A stretch of DNA of 64,000 nt. Origin: Verrucomicrobiota bacterium (GTDB lineage: Bacteria; Verrucomicrobiota; Verrucomicrobiia; Chthoniobacterales; UBA10450). The translations under genes and the position numbers were made by a program. The stretch spans positions 9,113 to 73,112 of the forward strand of contig JBEEHT010000044.1 of the NCBI GenBank assembly GCA_041167545.1, in the 5' to 3' direction. Below, one piece after another: positions 52,308 to 61,399 of the stretch; position 1 is the first letter of the stretch; the number at the start of each line of letters is the position of its first letter. The notes beneath the pieces were generated by a model. It was not told the DNA's origin and did no database searches. It was given only the letters and a program-made list of their open reading frames with translations.

Positions 52308-53807
52308 TCAGTTTGCCGGTACTTTCGCCGTGAAGACTTCTTCCATCGCCAGGGCGCGGCTGCAGCCGCTTATCGAATCCATTTGGCGTCGGCTATCCGT
52401 CCAGATCGGATAGGAATAACCGCCGTAAGAAACCAGCCCTTCGTAGTCGCCCTGCTGGTTTCCGTAGTTGATCCCCGGACAGGGAAATACTCCGCCGCAG
52501 TCATGCTCGTTCGAGCTCTGGTTGGACACGCGCACGTTCGGCAGCCAGGAGGTGCCCCCGTTTTTCGATTGCGCCAGGTACACGTCCGTCATGTAGCGCG
52601 ACCCGGTGGTATCGTTTCGCGTATCGTAGAAGGAAGCGTTTACGTCGCCGGTGATCGGATCGACCGACATCCAGTGATTGAAATGATCCACTGCTCGAGC
52701 CAATCGATCTGTCACCGCCGCCGGGGCCGACCAGGTTTGGCCTTTGTTATCAGAGTAACTCAGCAGGATGTCGGTAGTCCCATTCGCGACCCGATCCATC
52801 CACGAACAGTAAAGCCGGCCGCGATGAGGTCCATTCGAGCGGTCCGTATCGAGCACGGGATAAACAAGCGCGCCGCGAAACGATTCCGCGGGAATCGCGA
52901 TGTCGAATGGCAACACTTTCGGGGCGATAACGCTTTGCCTGGCCCAAGTGGTCCCGCCGTCACTCGAGCTATTGAAGGCAATGGTGTTTGCGCTGTAATC
53001 GTTCCACGCCACGTAGAGTGTGCCGTCGGCACCGGCCGCTGGTGACGCCCCAATTGCGCGCCCCGGCCCCTTCGGATCGTCCGCGCGGGTTACGCTGAAG
53101 GAGGCGCCATGATCGCGCGAAGTCCCTACGCGCACGCCGCCGCCAACCGAACCTCCAACGGCCGCGTCCCAGGCAATATAAATGTTGTCGCGGTTTGGGC
53201 TGGTCGCGCTGGTATCCGTCGTGATCATCGGCTTGTCATTGAAATGATTGCTGCCGCCCTCATAGGAAAAGAACGTCACCGTCGGATAAGTGCGTCCGCC
53301 ATCGGTCGAGCGCGCTACGGCCATCTGCGAGCCATTCACGCCGGCGCCATTGCCAAAGAAGACGACGATGTAGCCATAGAAAAGATTGCCGCGCGTATCG
53401 AAAGCGAGCGTCGGATCGGAACCGAAATTAATCGAGTTCGTCCCTTGCGAAGGCGGGAGCGGCAGATCGACACCGCCCCAGCTAGCGCCGCCCTTGCTCG
53501 AATAATAACCGCGCATTGGCAATCGGAAGATCTCATTGGAACCGGCGGCGAGTTGTTTGGGATTGGCGGGGTTGAGCGTGATGTAGGTCTCGCTCTGCGG
53601 TCCGCATTCATTCGAGACATCCACGTTACTGCCGAAGGCGATGGAAGAAGTCGCCGCCGAATCGCCGAGCGGCGCATTGTTTTTAAGATATTGATATTTG
53701 TCCCACCACGTCGGGTTGTTCGGACTATTGCTTTCCGCAAAACTGCGCGCCGCGGTAACGGCCACGACAAGCGTGAGGGCAAGGATGAGGCTGGATCGGG
53801 ATTTCAT
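52308..53807 (-). CDS. secreted BNR/sialidase-like beta-propeller protein
   Basis: Signal peptide 'MKSRSSLILALTLVVAVTAARSFA'. Asp-boxes 'STDGGRTYP', 'SRDHGASFS', 'SSDGGTTWA', 'SDNKGQTWS', 'SKNGGTSWL'. Start at the internal ATG 53807. Confidence 0.75.
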   Translation of the reverse strand: MKSRSSLILALTLVVAVTAARSFAESNSPNNPTWWDKYQYLKNNAPLGDSAATSSIAFGSNVDVSNECGPQSETYITLNPANPKQLAAGSNEIFRLPMRGYYSSKGGASWGGVDLPLPPSQGTNSINFGSDPTLAFDTRGNLFYGYIVVFFGNGAGVNGSQMAVARSTDGGRTYPTVTFFSYEGGSNHFNDKPMITTDTSATSPNRDNIYIAWDAAVGGSVGGGVRVGTSRDHGASFSVTRADDPKGPGRAIGASPAAGADGTLYVAWNDYSANTIAFNSSSDGGTTWARQSVIAPKVLPFDIAIPAESFRGALVYPVLDTDRSNGPHRGRLYCSWMDRVANGTTDILLSYSDNKGQTWSAPAAVTDRLARAVDHFNHWMSVDPITGDVNASFYDTRNDTTGSRYMTDVYLAQSKNGGTSWLPNVRVSNQSSNEHDCGGVFPCPGINYGNQQGDYEGLVSYGGYSYPIWTDSRRQMDSISGCSRALAMEEVFTAKVPAN

Positions 53808-54048
53808 TGGCAAGGGTTTCTTGAGTGGTCGAGTTAGGGTTCGCTGGCGGTCCGCCGGCGATGCGGCCCCATTAAGAGAACGGATCTCCCAGGCGTCAAT
53901 CTGATTTCGGTAATCGCTTCGATATAACGGGCCACGGATTCGGCTTACCACGGTCGCGTTCCGCATGGCTTAATCGGTTTCACGAAGTATCGTCCCGGTG
54001 TAGAAGGTTACGCCAGCTCCGACGCACTTTCCTTTAACAACAGTTCGC

Positions 54049-54747
54049 ATGTCTGGTCCCGCCTTGAGCACTGAGCTATCGCAAGATCCGAAACCCACGA
54101 TTCCTGAAATCGTGCGTCAGGCATATGGGGAACGCTTCACGCATCGCCTCGAAGCTTTTAGCGATCTCGTCTTTGGATTCAGCCTTTCATTGCTTGCGAC
54201 TCGCCTCGATGTCCCCACGAACGAGAGCGAAATCTTCAATGCGACGCGCTGGGCCACCTTTGTCATCACCTTCGGAATGATTTGCGCCATCTGGCTCGGG
54301 CACTACCGGATTTTCCGGCACCGGTTTGTGGCCCGGACGTTTGAGATCATCGTGAACTTCATCTTTCTCCTGGGAATCGCCGTGCTGCCGTTCGCCGTGC
54401 AAACTTTTCTGCGTTTCCAGAGCGGCCGCGAATCCCTTGTTCTCTATCTGGGAGATTTCATTCTTATCTTCGCGGCTTTGGCCACGCTGCGGCTGAGCGC
54501 GCTGCGGCAACGACGGGGCGACGACGACACCGCCGCTCGATTGCGCGAATGGAGGGGAACAGTGCGGCAATACGTCATTACCGCGATGATGCTGAGCTTG
54601 CTCGTTGGGATAAGAATGCAGCTGATCCAAACCCACAAACTTTTGACGGTGCTGCCCGCGTCGATTGTCGCGATCGCACTCATCATGCGGCTAATCGTTC
54701 AGCGGTTACCCGCATTCCTCGATTCGCGCGGAGAACGAAAAACATGA
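54049..54747 (+). CDS. TMEM175-family (DUF1211) putative K+ channel
   Basis: 'RLEAFSDLVFGFSLSLL' (RxxxFSD signature on TM1), 6 predicted TM helices, about 230 aa. Confidence 0.7.
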   Translation: MSGPALSTELSQDPKPTIPEIVRQAYGERFTHRLEAFSDLVFGFSLSLLATRLDVPTNESEIFNATRWATFVITFGMICAIWLGHYRIFRHRFVARTFEIIVNFIFLLGIAVLPFAVQTFLRFQSGRESLVLYLGDFILIFAALATLRLSALRQRRGDDDTAARLREWRGTVRQYVITAMMLSLLVGIRMQLIQTHKLLTVLPASIVAIALIMRLIVQRLPAFLDSRGERKT

Positions 54748-55130
54748 AGACTCCATTCACCGTCGGAGTTGTCGGGCACTTTGGATTGGCTGTGCGCAGT
54801 CCCAAGCGCAGCGCGAAATGGTTCGAACGCGCGCTGGGCTTGAAGAAACAATTCGAGTTCGATGAAGGGCTCGCGATCGGAAACAAGAATGTCACGATCG
54901 CGCTCGTGAAAGCAAAACCGTCACCGCGGACGCTTGGCCACATGTCTTTTCATCTGCCGAACATGACGGCGTTGCGAAAGGCGCTGGCGCATCTGAAGAA
55001 ACAGAAGGTCGAGCTGGAGGACCCCGGTGAAGAAATCGGCCCCGAGGCGCCTGGCTCGCCGCACATGGGCATCTGGTTTCACGATCTGGATGGATACAGG
55101 TGGGAGTTGAGCGTGCAGCACAAACGCTAA
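54744..55130 (+). CDS. VOC-family (glyoxalase/bleomycin-resistance fold) protein
   Basis: 'VVGHFGLAVRSPKRSAKWFERALGL' and 'GHMSFHL...FHDLDGYRWEL'. ATGA overlap with the upstream gene. Confidence 0.75.
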   Translation: MKTPFTVGVVGHFGLAVRSPKRSAKWFERALGLKKQFEFDEGLAIGNKNVTIALVKAKPSPRTLGHMSFHLPNMTALRKALAHLKKQKVELEDPGEEIGPEAPGSPHMGIWFHDLDGYRWELSVQHKR

Positions 55131-55138
55131 CGCCCGAC

Positions 55139-55846
55139 TCATTCGATCCGGCTGCGCGGCGGAAGCGACGCGAGCTGTTCCAACGCCACGCCGTCCTCAT
55201 AATTCAATCTGAAACAAACCTCGGCGTCCGGCGCAACCGCCCAAAAATAATTCGGCTTGGCGGAGACGCAGAATTCGTATTTCGGGTGGTTCTGCGGGAA
55301 ACCACAATCATCCTGGGTGTGTGGTCCGCGCCGGCAGCAGGCCTGCAAGTCGAGCATCAACTTTTGAAGCTCGGCCGCGTTCCTTTTCACCTCGACTCCG
55401 ACCAGCGTCCCGCCGTCGCTCGATTTAACCACGATGTCGACGCCTAGAATCACGGAGGATTGTTCATCAATACTCGGCTCCATCAGCACGTGACTTCGGA
55501 GCCACCCGCGTTTCAGAACAAGGTCCGACGCCGTGGAGAGCTGGCAAATGCTCTCGCGAAAAAGCCGTGGCGGCAGCGAATTGCACCAAAAAATCTGACA
55601 CATCCTTCGCTCGATCTCCGCCGGGTCAGCAGCGGGAAATAAATCGCTCGTGACGTAGCCCTCGTCATCCAACTGGAATAATCCGTCCTCGACTCCCAGG
55701 AGAAAATACTTCGCTTCCTCCGTGGTCAGCGGCGGGATGATGCGAAGTCCGGAAGAGGGCAGGCGTTGGCCGATTGCTTTGCATAGACCGGCGAACCTGT
55801 CCTGCAGATACGCTTCCAATTCACAGACCCAATCCCTCTCCATCAC
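55139..55846 (-). CDS. hypothetical cytoplasmic protein with a PD-(D/E)xK-like motif
   Basis: 'ILGVDIVVKSSDGGTLVGVEVKRN' fits D-x(13)-E-x-K on consecutive predicted beta-strands. There is no other recognisable similarity, and the family assignment is weak. Confidence 0.4.
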   Translation of the reverse strand: MMERDWVCELEAYLQDRFAGLCKAIGQRLPSSGLRIIPPLTTEEAKYFLLGVEDGLFQLDDEGYVTSDLFPAADPAEIERRMCQIFWCNSLPPRLFRESICQLSTASDLVLKRGWLRSHVLMEPSIDEQSSVILGVDIVVKSSDGGTLVGVEVKRNAAELQKLMLDLQACCRRGPHTQDDCGFPQNHPKYEFCVSAKPNYFWAVAPDAEVCFRLNYEDGVALEQLASLPPRSRIE

Positions 55847-55961
55847 GCATCCTACTTCTCACCGATTCCGGTTGTCGTCTCAAGCGGCACTCGGTTCGGA
55901 GAATATTTCTTGCGAGCATTCGCGACCATGCGTCTATTTCCCCGGCACCAAAAAAATCCAT

Positions 55962-56459
55962 ATGATAAAATCACTCCTGACTGTTCTTAGCATCGCACTT
56001 CTCGGCGCCATCTCGGCGGACGCGAAGAGCTTCAAACTGCCGAACGACGACTTCGCCATCGCCTCCATCGACATGCCCGATTCATGGAAACCGAAAGAGG
56101 CCGAAAACGGCGTTTGGGGCCAGAGCGCGGATACCGCGGTTTACCTCTCTGTGGTCGCGGTCGGCAGCGAAAAAGGCATGAGCGGCGAGATCGAGGACAC
56201 CTTCGAAATGCTCAAAACTCACAAGGTCGTGCTCGACGAATCCACCAAGAAAGAAAACAAGTTCAAAATCGGCTCATTGGACGCGACCGAATTGCTTTAC
56301 CAGGGCAAGGATGAAGACGGTCCGGCCGGGATCAGCATCGTGTTTGTGCCAATCAAGGACAAACTCATCATCATGACCTACTGGGTCACGACGGCGAAGG
56401 AGAAGGAACATCTGCAGGAAGTGGGCACCATCGTTAACAGCCTCAAGCCGACGTCGTAG
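55962..56459 (+). CDS. hypothetical secreted protein
   Basis: Signal peptide 'MIKSLLTVLSIALLGAISADA'. No recognised domain. Confidence 0.5.
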   Translation: MIKSLLTVLSIALLGAISADAKSFKLPNDDFAIASIDMPDSWKPKEAENGVWGQSADTAVYLSVVAVGSEKGMSGEIEDTFEMLKTHKVVLDESTKKENKFKIGSLDATELLYQGKDEDGPAGISIVFVPIKDKLIIMTYWVTTAKEKEHLQEVGTIVNSLKPTS

Positions 56460-56485
56460 GCGCGGCGGAGTCAGAATTCAGGAAA

Positions 56486-56517
56486 AGCGCGTTGGCGAAA
56501 ACCAACGAGCTTTTTTT
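56486..56517. terminator. rho-independent terminator between convergent genes (probably bidirectional)
   Basis: Stem AGCGCGTTGG / CCAACGAGCT (1 mismatch), loop 'cgaaaa', then TTTTTTT. An 'AAAAG' run precedes it, serving the opposite strand. Confidence 0.55.
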
Positions 56518-56539
56518 ATTCCGCTGCGCCGGCGCAGTC

Positions 56540-57112
56540 CTAGCGGAGCGAAGCCGGTAACGGCATCGAGCTCCATTCCATCAACGCCTCTTCAATCTCG
56601 GCGCCGTTTGCCTCAAGCCAGGCGCTCGCCTGATCTCCCGTTTTCTCCCCGTAAAAGCGATGGCAGTAAATGAAGGAGCATCCGGTCCCGTCCATCAACT
56701 TGATGCGGGCAAAGGCGACCTCGATGAACGCGGGCTGGGTGAAGACTACCGCGATGAAATGTTCCGCCGGCCGATCTGCGGTCCGGGGCAGGGAGTTCGT
56801 CTTGAGCACCTTTGCCTGATGTTTCTTGTAGTTCTCCAGGACCGCGTTTGCCGTCTGCGCGAGGCGGTCGCCATCGTGGACATCCGGATACCGGTTCACC
56901 GTTATCATATCGGACCACTTCTCGAGGTCCTCCTGTTTCTCGGGGGTAAACTCATGCTGATCGTTCTTCGACCAGCGATGGAAATATCCGGCGTTCCTGA
57001 AAACAAACGCGGGCTTTGCCTCTGAAGGATCCGCTGGCGTCTCTTCGGCGCCCAGGGCGATGAAGGCGACGGCCAGCAACGCAATCACCGCATTTCTTCG
57101 GATCGGTTGCAT
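56540..57112 (-). CDS. hypothetical secreted protein
   Basis: Internal ATG with the signal peptide 'MQPIRRNAVIALLAVAFIALGA'. No recognised domain. Confidence 0.5.
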   Translation of the reverse strand: MQPIRRNAVIALLAVAFIALGAEETPADPSEAKPAFVFRNAGYFHRWSKNDQHEFTPEKQEDLEKWSDMITVNRYPDVHDGDRLAQTANAVLENYKKHQAKVLKTNSLPRTADRPAEHFIAVVFTQPAFIEVAFARIKLMDGTGCSFIYCHRFYGEKTGDQASAWLEANGAEIEEALMEWSSMPLPASLR

Positions 57113-57224
57113 GTGGTGAGATGCTGAAGATGGGAGCCAGGAATGACAACACAAACGCGCGCCCTTTTCTTTTTCGCGCGATTGACACTGAGACCGGCTC
57201 AATGACAAGCTGCGTGCAACCAGG

Positions 57225-57545
57225 ATGTCCAAATCTCCAGCCGCAAATGTATTCACGCCGGAAGGCGCGATCGATCTTCATGTTTCACCGGAGATGCGCG
57301 CTTCGCTTCGCGCGATCATCGACGAGAAACCAAAGCGTCTGGTGGTCGATCTTTCCCGCGTCCCCTACGTCGATAGCTCCGGCATCGCTGTTTTGATCGG
57401 CGCGATGCAAAGCCTCGACCTTGAAGGCGGCGTTTTTCTGCTCGCCGGCGCGCAGGAGACAGTGATGACGATCTTGGAGAGCGCGAAGCTCGATAAATAT
57501 TTTCGCCTGTTCCCGAGCGTGGAAGCGGCTCTCGCCGCGCCGTAG
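57225..57545 (+). CDS. STAS-domain anti-sigma-factor antagonist (SpoIIAA-like)
   Basis: 'LVVDLSRVPYVDSSGIAVLIGA' with the phosphorylatable Ser context 'DSSG'. 106 aa. Confidence 0.8.
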   Translation: MSKSPAANVFTPEGAIDLHVSPEMRASLRAIIDEKPKRLVVDLSRVPYVDSSGIAVLIGAMQSLDLEGGVFLLAGAQETVMTILESAKLDKYFRLFPSVEAALAAP

Positions 57546-57656
57546 GTCAGAGAGGAATTCGGCGCAAGAAGAGTCTTGCCGCTATTGATCGCTCCCGCCA
57601 ATCTGGGCGAAGTAAAGAAACGTTCTTTTTCTTATCCCCAAAGAAAGGATTCCTCC

Positions 57657-58271
57657 ATGAAACTGATCAAGACAGTCATTGTCCTGTTCGTAAGTTCAAT
57701 CCTCGTGCTGGTGGCAAGCGCCATCACGCCCACCCCCGGGCCGAGTGCGTCATCCAGCGCCATCGACAAAACCAGTCCATCACCCCGACCCGTCGTAACC
57801 GGCAACTCCCCTCCAGTGCCGCCCCCTCGGCCCCCTCCGCCGGATGTCTTCGCCAGCCCGAGCGAACCGTTCGTCGCGGCTGCCGCCAGCACGCCCGCGA
57901 ATGCTGTTCCGCCCAAACCGGTCCTCTACTTGTTGAGAGAGGATCCCTTTACCGCCAATGGCAAGAATTGGATCCGCTATCGTTACGATGTGGCGAACAA
58001 GGCAGAGTATCCCGCCGATATGTTTGCGGCGGCGCCCAGCCTCCCTCCTTGCGGCAGCAATACGAACGCCTCTCGCACCTGGGTGGACTTCTTCGATTCC
58101 ACCGGCAAACGGCTCTACGGCTTTTGCGCCCTGAGCAAGCCGAATGATCTCGGCCAACTCTGGTTTGCCCTCGAGGAAGGCGTCATTCCGCCCAGCTACG
58201 TTTACATCGAGCTCAACGATCGGCAGACCAATACCAAATATAAATCCAACCTGGCCGATACAGCTCTTTAG
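57657..58271 (+). CDS. hypothetical secreted protein with a Pro-rich linker
   Basis: Signal/TM 'MKLIKTVIVLFVSSILVLVASA', 'SPPVPPPRPPPPD' linker, and a C-terminal domain of about 110 aa containing 2 Cys. Confidence 0.5.
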   Translation: MKLIKTVIVLFVSSILVLVASAITPTPGPSASSSAIDKTSPSPRPVVTGNSPPVPPPRPPPPDVFASPSEPFVAAAASTPANAVPPKPVLYLLREDPFTANGKNWIRYRYDVANKAEYPADMFAAAPSLPPCGSNTNASRTWVDFFDSTGKRLYGFCALSKPNDLGQLWFALEEGVIPPSYVYIELNDRQTNTKYKSNLADTAL

Positions 58272-58310
58272 CTCGGCACGCGAACGCTGGCAGTCAGGAC
58301 GTTGATTGGA

Positions 58311-59120
58311 TCAGCTTCGGGCCTGAACAACGATCGCACGCATCGGAGCGCGAATATTTTCTTCGCCAAAGCGACGCGTAATCGCGTCGGCGACGGCGCC
58401 CGTTATGACCGGCAACAGCGACGCATTGCGCCCTGCAATCGCTACCGCGACCGGATTCCCCTGGACCAAACCTGTCGCGACATCCTGGGCGCGACTTGCT
58501 TCAGCCATTTTGGCCACGACCTCGATCCGCACCTCGCTAAAACCCGCGCTCTCCAGCATGCGTTTGATCTCGTCTTGATCGTGGTATCCGAACGGCACCT
58601 CATAGAATGTCGGCGGATCCTTCTCGAAATAGCTCGTGATTGTTTCGTGCGCGATCCGGCCCACGGCATTGTGCTCCAGCGCGTCCCACACATTGAAAAG
58701 AAAGACGCCGCCGGGCTTGAGAACCCGGTGAGCCTCGCGCGCGGCCAGGGCCTTGTCCGGAACGAACATGATTCCGAACTGGCACACGACCGCATCAAAC
58801 GTCTGATCGCCAAACGGGAGATTGCACGCGTCGGCTTGAAGCCATTGCACCGCCTCGTTTTCGCCGAACTTTTCAGCCGCGTGGCGAAACATCGGCTCGT
58901 TCAGGTCCGTCGCGATCAGCTCGATCGTCGATGGAAGGCGCGCCCGAAGAACGCGAGTCAGGATGCCGGTGCCGCAAGCCAGCTCCAACACCGAAGCGTT
59001 TCCTTCCATCTGCAACCGCGCGGCCAGGTCTTCCGCATACGGCTGAAAGAATAGCGGCCCGAGATACCGATCGTACGCCGCCGGGATCGACCCGGAGAAC
59101 TGTGCGTTTTGGTCTTTCAC
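58311..59120 (-). CDS. class I SAM-dependent methyltransferase
   Basis: 'VLELACGTGILT' (motif I) and 'FDAVVCQFGIMF'. Methyltransf_11/25-like. Confidence 0.85.
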   Translation of the reverse strand: MKDQNAQFSGSIPAAYDRYLGPLFFQPYAEDLAARLQMEGNASVLELACGTGILTRVLRARLPSTIELIATDLNEPMFRHAAEKFGENEAVQWLQADACNLPFGDQTFDAVVCQFGIMFVPDKALAAREAHRVLKPGGVFLFNVWDALEHNAVGRIAHETITSYFEKDPPTFYEVPFGYHDQDEIKRMLESAGFSEVRIEVVAKMAEASRAQDVATGLVQGNPVAVAIAGRNASLLPVITGAVADAITRRFGEENIRAPMRAIVVQARS

Positions 59121-59125
59121 GCGCG

Positions 59126-59563
59126 CTAGGAATGAAGTTCCACTCCCGCTTTCTGCACTTCGCGATACGGCAGGAGCCAGATGAGCGATTCATCGTGGAG
59201 GTCGACCACCTGAATGCGGTTACCCCACGGATCGCGGAAGTCGCATCGGAACGGCGGCATTAATTTCAGCCGATACTTTTCCGTCAGCTTCTTGCGCACC
59301 TCATTCACCTGCTCTTCGTCGCGCACCATGATCCCGAAATGCCGCGTCCGGTCCGGCTGGAGTTTTTCCACCTCGAAGATGGCCAGGAACTGATGCTCGC
59401 CCAACTGAAAGAACGCGTCCCCTTCCCCGCCCTTCAGTTTTTTCAGGTTGAAGACATCCTCGTAAAACTTCACCGCCGCTTTCACGTCATCGACCTCGAT
59501 GGCGAGATGATTACATCCATAAACTTGCACGCTCATAAGCATGAAGTTAGTCGCGTTGGCCAT
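59126..59563 (-). CDS. VOC-family (glyoxalase-fold) protein
   Basis: 'NHLAIEVDDVKAAVKFYEDVF' and 'RHFGIMV...FRDPWGNRIQV'. Confidence 0.75.
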   Translation of the reverse strand: MANATNFMLMSVQVYGCNHLAIEVDDVKAAVKFYEDVFNLKKLKGGEGDAFFQLGEHQFLAIFEVEKLQPDRTRHFGIMVRDEEQVNEVRKKLTEKYRLKLMPPFRCDFRDPWGNRIQVVDLHDESLIWLLPYREVQKAGVELHS

Positions 59564-59611
59564 AACGTCTATGACGCCACGGCAACGTGTCCAGTTCCAG
59601 CTAACCGCCGC

Positions 59612-60235
59612 CTAGTTTGCGGCCAAACGCGGGCCGCGATTTGCCGCCAGGCGAGGTCCACGGACGGGCGTCGCCACCGCCGCTTGCGCAATCGCGCGGG
59701 TGAGCCCCGTATTCAACACGTCGATCTTCGTGCCGACCGTGACCGAAGCAAAGAGGCGCGCGACATCGCTCGAACGCATCCGGATGCAACCATAGCTCGC
59801 GGGCCGGCCGATCAATCGCTCTTCCGGCGTGCCGTGGATATAAATGTTGCGCGCGAACGCCCGCGCGTTCTGTGTTTCCAAGCCGCGCAGCCACAATATC
59901 CGGGTCACGATCGGATCGCGCCCCGGCGCGTTTGGCCGCAGGATTTCACCCGTCATCGACCGGTTTTTGAAGACCGCGCCCAGCGGCGCGTTCGCCCCGA
60001 TTTTCGTCGCAATCTTCATGGCGCCGAGCGGAGTCGCATAGCTGCCGGAATGATCGCCCAGGCCGAACTTCGATGTGGAAACCGGGTATCGCGCGATGAC
60101 CGCGCCATTGTCGATCAACGCGAGCGTTTGATCGGGAACGCTCACGACGATGGAGGGCGCTGCCGTGGCGCTGGCGGGGTAGAGAATGGCCGCAGCCAAA
60201 CAAACAAGAGCGGCGCTGAAGTGGAGAAGCCTCAT
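59612..60235 (-). CDS. L,D-transpeptidase (YkuD domain)
   Basis: 'IHGTPEERLIGRPASYGCIRM' (catalytic H...C motif). Signal peptide from the internal ATG 60235, 'MRLLHFSAALVCLAAAIL' (alternative start 60298). Confidence 0.85.
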   Translation of the reverse strand: MRLLHFSAALVCLAAAILYPASATAAPSIVVSVPDQTLALIDNGAVIARYPVSTSKFGLGDHSGSYATPLGAMKIATKIGANAPLGAVFKNRSMTGEILRPNAPGRDPIVTRILWLRGLETQNARAFARNIYIHGTPEERLIGRPASYGCIRMRSSDVARLFASVTVGTKIDVLNTGLTRAIAQAAVATPVRGPRLAANRGPRLAAN

Positions 60236-60356
60236 TGCGCCAGTAGAATTAGCAGCGCGCGTGCCGAGGAGCGGCCAGGAAAGTACGGAGATTTTCATTT
60301 AGTTTAAAACTGCGAGCGGGAGATGTAGTCGATGAAGCGCGTTCCTCCCAAAGAAT

Positions 60357-60425
60357 CAGTTTGAGAACAGTTAGAAACACTTTGAGAACACAATGCGCGT
60401 GTTCTCGTTCCGCCCTCGTTCCGTT
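60357..60425. promoter_or_regulatory. cluster of phased direct and inverted repeats in the ldt/ppk2 divergent region
   Basis: CA(G/C)TTTGAGAACA at 60357 and 60378 (21-bp phase), with GAAACAC at 60374. Inverted repeat GAGAACAC-aatgcgc-GTGTTCTC at 60384-60406. CTCGTTCCG x2 at 60404-60425. Confidence 0.35.
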
Positions 60426-60493
60426 TCGCGAACTTCCCGGCCTCCGACTCGTTCACATGCGATTTCCAGGATGATGAACGGATTCTTTCGCGC

Positions 60494-61378
60494 ATGAACC
60501 GACAAGATTTTGCGACGCGTTATCGGATCGAACCGGGAAACAAATTTCACCTGAAAGAAATCGATCCCGACGACACTGGCGATATCGATTCGAAAGAAGC
60601 CGCGGCCCAGCAGCTGGAAGAAGGAGTAACCAGGCTCTGTGAGCTGCAGGAAAAATTATACGCGCAAAGTGAATGGTCGTTGCTCCTGATATTCCAGGCA
60701 ATGGATGCGGCCGGCAAAGACGGCGCCATTAAGCACGTTCTTTCCGGGGTGAACCCGCAAGGCTGCAAGGTCACTTCCTGGAAGAAGCCGAGCGATGAGG
60801 AACTGAGCCACGACTTTCTCTGGCGCGCGTCCAAAGCGTTGCCCGAGGCGGGACGCATCGGTGTCCTGAACCGAAGCTACTACGAAGAGGTGCTCATGGT
60901 GCGCGTGCATCCCGATTATCTCGAGAATCAGCACATGCCGAAAAAACTGATCACGAAACGGATCTGGCGTGAGCGTTACCAGAGCATCAATGACTTCGAG
61001 CGGCACCTGACCCGCAGCGGCACCGTCGTGCTGAAGTTCCTGCTGCATCTTTCGCCCGAAGAACAACGAAGCCGGATCCTTGAGCGGATCGACGACAAGG
61101 AGAAGAATTGGAAGTTCGAGATAAACGATCTCGCCGAGCGAAAGCTTTGGGACCGTTACATGGACGCATTCCAGGAGATGGTGCGCGAAACGTCCACCGC
61201 CGAAGCTCCGTGGCACGTCGTCCCCGCCGACCACAAATGGTTTACCCACCTGGCCGTTTCATCCATCATCAGCGACAAGCTCCGCTCGCTCCACCTTCAC
61301 CCGCCCAAGCTGAGCGCTAAGGAGAAAAAGCAGATGTCCAAAGCCCGCGCCCAGTTGGCCGGGCGGCGATCGAAATAA
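60494..61378 (+). CDS. ppk2: polyphosphate kinase 2 family protein
   Basis: 'LLLIFQAMDAAGKDGAIKHV' (Walker A-like), 'FLWRASKALPEAGRIGVLNRSYYEEVL', 'RIDDKEKNWKF'. Confidence 0.9.
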   Translation: MNRQDFATRYRIEPGNKFHLKEIDPDDTGDIDSKEAAAQQLEEGVTRLCELQEKLYAQSEWSLLLIFQAMDAAGKDGAIKHVLSGVNPQGCKVTSWKKPSDEELSHDFLWRASKALPEAGRIGVLNRSYYEEVLMVRVHPDYLENQHMPKKLITKRIWRERYQSINDFERHLTRSGTVVLKFLLHLSPEEQRSRILERIDDKEKNWKFEINDLAERKLWDRYMDAFQEMVRETSTAEAPWHVVPADHKWFTHLAVSSIISDKLRSLHLHPPKLSAKEKKQMSKARAQLAGRRSK

Positions 61379-61399
61379 CTTTCTGCGACTCGTCACTCG

